Source: Macrostomum hystrix (lineage: Eukaryota > Animalia > Platyhelminthes). From it: a stretch of 64,000 nt of DNA. The position numbers and the translations under genes were made by a program. Below, piece after piece: positions 59,469 to 64,000 of the stretch. Under the pieces are notes generated by a model, which was given only the letters and a program-made list of their open reading frames with translations, did no database searches and was not told the origin of the DNA. Location of the stretch: assembly GCA_950097015.1 (NCBI GenBank), contig CATNEN010000038.1, positions 6,262,001-6,326,000 on the forward strand, written 5' to 3'. How positions within the stretch are numbered: the stretch's first letter is position 1; each line of letters starts with the position of its first letter.

Positions 59469-61284
59469 TCAGGCCGCCCGGCCACCTGAGCAGTCCCGCA
59501 TCTCTCGGGCCAAATGACGTCGATGCCTGGCGGCTGCAGCGGCCGAAGCCGCAGCTGAGGAGGTCCTCCTGGAGGAAGCGGACTTTGAGACCTCGGCAAG
59601 CTTCGGCTTCCTGAGCAGCTGCGGATCATTGCCGGCTGTTGAACAGCCGCTGTGAAATCTTCGCCGACTACTCAAACGAACGGCCGTGTCTCTCAACGAA
59701 TAGGACGGGCGTCGACGCTGCGTAGACGTTGATTCGCCATTCGTACTAGCGGCGACGGCGAGACGGGCTCCAACGATTTGAACAGCCGGCTTCGGGAGAG
59801 AAGCTGCCGTCGAACGATCTGCGCCTTCGCGAGGCATTAGTGCCAGCGACTGCTGGTCTTGCTGCTGTGTTGACGGTGGCGGCGGTGGAAGAGACGGCGG
59901 CTGTGTCGACAACGGCGGCAACCTGCTGTTGGCGAAGGCGCCGCAGCCACGAAGCTCGCATGTTTCGCATTCGCACTGCAAGAGTAAAGAACAGATAATG
60001 AATGGAACGGCAAAACAGCTCATGTCTCACTGGTGCACTTTGACTAGCTGGAGCTTGTGAGGCCGTTGTTTTTCTATCCTTTTATCGCACTCTGATTGGT
60101 TGCAGCCTGAGGAGCCCATTACGCCTCTACCCCATCGCTGCGCACTGATTGGCTGCAGCTGGTAAGGCCCATAATGTTTCTAACCTTAATCGTATTCTGA
60201 TTGGATACTTAAGAATCAAGATCTTTCACCTGAAAATTTCCTGGGCCAAAGAAATCAGGCCCATAATATAACAGCACCTCCTGGCCGCGTTTAATGGGCC
60301 TGATGGTGCGATAGTGGGCGCTGCTGGCGCCTAAGGTCGGCTGCAGGGCCAGTTGAACGTTGGGCTCGCAGTCGTGATTGATATAGGCTGCCGGCCCCAG
60401 CCAGAGTTGGGAGCGATGCCGCCTGCTCGAGTAGATCACGGAGAAGTCGTTCACGCCCGGCTTGAGGTAGTCGCGCTCTTCCTCCGGTGTGAGCTCGGCC
60501 GCGCAGCCAATCAGCAATGCCACAGCCTCGCCAGCCTGCCAGTCCCTGGTGGACACAATACGTGCCCCCATGCCGTGCTCCTGGCGATAACTGTGGAGAA
60601 CAGCATTGCATGATAATGGGATCTGAGGGGTAAAAACGAGGATCTGAGAGGATGAAAATGAGGATCTGAGAGGATTAAAATGAGGAGCTGAGAGGATAAA
60701 AATGAGGATCTGAGAGGATTAAAATGAGGATCTGAGAGGAAAAAAATGAGGATCTGAGAGGATTAAAATGAGGATCTGAGAGGAAAAGCCGGAGGATCTA
60801 AGAGAATAAAAATGAGAATCTGAGTGGGCAAAAATGAGGATCTTGGTTGATAAACATGAGGATTTTAGAAATTAAAAAGTATTTAGATTAGCCAGTCAAG
60901 CTTCACTCACCGGTCGCATCGCTGAATCTGCACCCCGGATCTCGGATCGAACAGGTGCAAATAGCGGAACAGGTGCAGCCGCAGGTTTGGATCGCGTTGC
61001 GCCGGCTCGTCTACGCAGCACTTCTGGCCGCTGATTGGGTCGCCGAACACCAAGCTCCTGTAGGCGGCCTCGTAGTCCGTGTCCCGACAGAATCTTTCCA
61101 CAACTTTGCGCCAGTAGCGCCGGAGATGGCGCGAACTGCGAAACCTGTCGGACATTTTGTGACTGTCGATGTCCAGGTAGGCGTCGACTACCATAGAGTT
61201 GGCCAGGTCGTCCAAATCGCCCAGCTGCCTGGCGGAGAGGCCGCCAGTGTACAGGCAGGACGGTGGCAGCTGCTGATGGTCCAG
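59469..61284 (-). CDS. Suv4-20: Histone H4K20 methyltransferase SUV4-20 (KMT5B/C family)
   Basis: Exons 61284-60911, 60590-60230, 59975-59469 (1242 nt, in frame). Motifs LSARQLGDLDDLANSMVVDAYL...SHKM, CDR|Y...GARIVST, NDFSVIYSSRR..QLWLGPAAYINHDCEPN, YYGPDFFG, post-SET CECETCELRGCGAF, YSLRDT. No Met before the first conserved helix. Confidence 0.93.
60618..60865 (+). repeat. Intronic minisatellite, 22-bp unit GAGGATCTGAGAGGATTAAAAT
   Basis: About 11 copies filling most of a 320-bp SUV4-20 intron. Confidence 0.9.
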
Positions 61285-61815
61285 CTAAATTCGCGTTTTT
61301 AAAAGCAAAATATATACATTTCTAGGAAAAAAATAATTTCACATGAGTAGCCCTGAGTCAAGTGGGACAACTTAAAGCTTATTAAGGTGACATTTTCATA
61401 TTTTAGCCAAAACATAATCCACCTTACAATCTTAAATAAACAAATCTATTTGATTTGCTTATATTATCAGATTATACATTGAGTTTACTGTCAAAACTCT
61501 ATACCAAAATAGCAAAGTAGACTTAATTCTTGCTAAAAAGCAATAATTTTTCTAGTTGAGTCAGGAATCAAAACCCTGACCTCCAAGTTAGAAACTATGA
61601 TACAAATAGCTAAAATATTTTATAGGCTAATGTGCATATTAATAAGAAGTGTTTCATCTGTATATAATTATTTTAATGGCTTTTGCCATTATTGAAACTT
61701 AAATTACTTAATGCTAGATAATGTAATGAAAGATATAACTTTTTTTAGGTATTTTGTATATTACTATTGAAACACTTTTAGCAATCTATCTAACACTAGC
61801 TACAGTGCGCCTACA

Positions 61816-63185
61816 TTAGGGTGCTAGGTACTAGGGTACTAGGTAGCTAGGGTGCTAGGTACTAGGGTGCTAGGTACTAGGGTGCTAGGTACTAGGGTGC
61901 TAGGTACTAGGGTGCTAGGTACTAGGGTGCTAGGTACTAGGGTGCTAGGTACTAGGGTACTAGGTACTAGGGTGCTAGGTAGCTAGGGTACTAGGTAGCT
62001 AGGGTGCTAGGTACTAGGGTGCTAGGTACTAGGGTGCTAGGTAGCTAGGGTACTAGGTAGCTAGGGTGCTAGGTACTAGGGTGCTAGGTACTAGGGTGCT
62101 AGGTAGCTAGGGTACTAGGTAGCTAGGGTGCTAGGTACTAGGGTGCTAGGTACTAGGGTGCTAGGTACTAGGGTGCTAGGTACTAGGGTGCTAGGTACTA
62201 GGGTGCTAGGTACTAGGGTGCTAGGTACTAGGGTGCTAGGTACTAGGGTGCTAGGTACTAGGGTACTAGGGTACTAGGGTGCTAGGTAGCTAGGGTACTA
62301 GGTAGCTAGGCTGCTAGGTACTAGGGTGCTAGGTACAAGGGTGCTAGGTACTAGGGTACTAGGGTGCTAGGTACTAGGGTACTAGGGTACTAGGTACTAG
62401 GGTGCTAGGTACTAGGGTACTAGGGTACTAGGGTGCTAGGTAGCTAGGGTACTAGGTAGCTAGGGTGCTAGGTACTAGGGTGCTAGGTACTAGGGTGCTA
62501 GGTACTAGGGTACTAGGTAGCTAGGGTGCTAGGTACTAGGGTGCTAGGTACTAGGGTGCTAGGTACTAGGGTGCTAGGTACTAGGGTGCTAGGTACTAGG
62601 GTGCTAGGTACTAGGGTGCTAGGTACTAGGGTGCTAGGTACTAGGGTGCTAGGTACTAGGGTACTAGGGTACTAGGGTGCTAGGTAGCTAGGGTACTAGG
62701 TAGCTAGGCTGCTAGGTACTAGGGTGCTAGGTACAAGGGTGCTAGGTACTAGGGTACTAGGGTGCTAGGTACTAGGGTACTAGGGTACTAGGTACTAGGG
62801 TGCTAGGTACTAGGGTACTAGGGTACTAGGGTGCTAGGTAGCTAGGGTACTAGGTAGCTAGGGTGCTAGGTACTAGGGTGCTAGGTACTAGGGTGCTAGG
62901 TAGCTAGGGTACTAGGTAGCTAGGGTGCTAGGTACTAGGGTGCTAGGTACTAGGGTGCTAGGTAGCTAGGGTACTAGGTAGCTAGGGTGCTAGGTACTAG
63001 GGTGCTAGGTACTAGGGTGCTAGGTACTAGGGTGCTAGGTACTAGGGTGCTAGGTACTAGGGTGCTAGGTACTAGGGTGCTAGGTACTAGGGTGCTAGGT
63101 ACTAGGGTACTAGGTACTAGGGTGCTAGGTACTAGGGTACTAGGTACTAGGGTGCTAGGTACTAGGGTACTAGGTACTAGGGTGA
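61816..63185 (+). repeat. G-rich minisatellite, 15-bp unit CTAGGGTGCTAGGTA
   Basis: About 90 copies with variants (GGTAGCTAGG, GGGTACTA) and a duplicated ~400-bp block. Lies upstream of SUV4-20. Confidence 0.97.
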
Positions 63186-63209
63186 TTTAAACTTAGGGTG
63201 GGTGTGATA

Positions 63210-63352
63210 TTCCCAGTCTATGGACTGAACAGCTATAGAGCATTCAGATGCATTCAGATGTGCAATGTCATATAAAAGCCAAATACTTTTGGCTATGCTG
63301 TGGGATGCAAATCTGACCTAATTAGGGCAGGTGTAAACAGTTATGATTAATA
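63210..63352 (+). mobile_element. SINE family A, 3' fragment
   Basis: CCCAGTCTATGGACTGAACAGCT...GCATTCAG...GGGCAGGTGTAA matches the body and tail of 25598-25849. Confidence 0.65.
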
Positions 63353-64000
63353 AAGTTGTATTACAATCTTGATTCAAAATATAAGCAGACATGTACTAGT
63401 TATTAACCAGCTACAACCATATTGTAGTGTAAAGTCTTGTCTATGTGTCAAAGACTTATCAAAGACTATCTAAATTATGAGACTAGAGCAAGTGATTAAT
63501 AAAATAGCTCATTTTATGCTGACTTTTACTTATTATACAATTTAACTAGTCCATTTAAACACATACATAGATAACTAGTAAAATGGTAGGCCTAATTAGG
63601 TCAATACATTAATTTTAATTGACAGTTTTCATAAAAAATTGGTCTAGCTGCCCATTCTTACACAACTACCTAGCTATACTATAATAGATGCAAAGGCCTA
63701 TAGCTAGCTCTATGCCTATGGCAAATAGAACTAGCTAGGCCAAGCTGAAGTTAAACCTATCTTCTATGAGTGATGTTATGATGACTACTACTATCGAAAA
63801 TAAATATCATATAAATACCCCTATGTTATACTTATAGTTAACTATATCAAATAAGCAATAATATAGGTAGGCTAGTAACTAAACTTCATAAAAATACACT
63901 AAATCATTTTATCTTATTACTACTTTCATTACTAGGCCTATTAGTAATATTATAGCTACTATGATTAGTTACTAGTTTCGTTGTCTTTTTATTTGACATT

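Overview
Eukaryotic, intron-containing animal DNA with GC-rich exons and a very high density of 11-40 bp minisatellites. The overall style suggests a Macrostomum-like free-living flatworm, but that is an inference. I assembled nine spliced genes by hand, each with consistent intron phases: an orphan secreted/beta-rich protein (-, 2.3-7.0 kb), a cationic amino-acid transporter of the SLC7A/CAT family (-, 9.1-15.2 kb), G3BP/Rasputin (-, 16.2-18.1 kb), FoxO (+, 23.0-24.6 kb), Wnt5 (+, 27.5-30.9 kb), a compact divergent Cys-loop channel subunit (-, 32.8-34.7 kb), a DEG/ENaC channel (+, 39.1-42.9 kb), an SLC17/sialin-like transporter (+, 51.4-56.9 kb) and the H4K20 methyltransferase SUV4-20/KMT5B (-, 59.5-61.3 kb). 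Mobile DNA comprises a hAT MITE with an 8-bp TSD, two Mutator-type MITEs with 9-bp TSDs, a Helitron 5' end, RTE-like LINE pieces, decayed Gypsy pol fragments and two tRNA-derived SINE families. Main leads: (1) G3BP and SUV4-20 both open at phase-0 splice acceptors with no Met of their own, behind AT-rich outron-like DNA, as expected if a trans-spliced leader supplies the AUG; (2) a MITE core carries a 14-nt match to the Macrostomum spliced-leader 5' end as I recall it; (3) unrelated minisatellites repeatedly start within a few bases of splice sites or stop codons; (4) Wnt5 is bracketed by E-box-dense arrays; (5) two GC-AG introns occur in one gene; (6) both ion channels carry non-canonical gating or ligand motifs. 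Nearly all long low-complexity ORFs in the supplied track are minisatellite artefacts.
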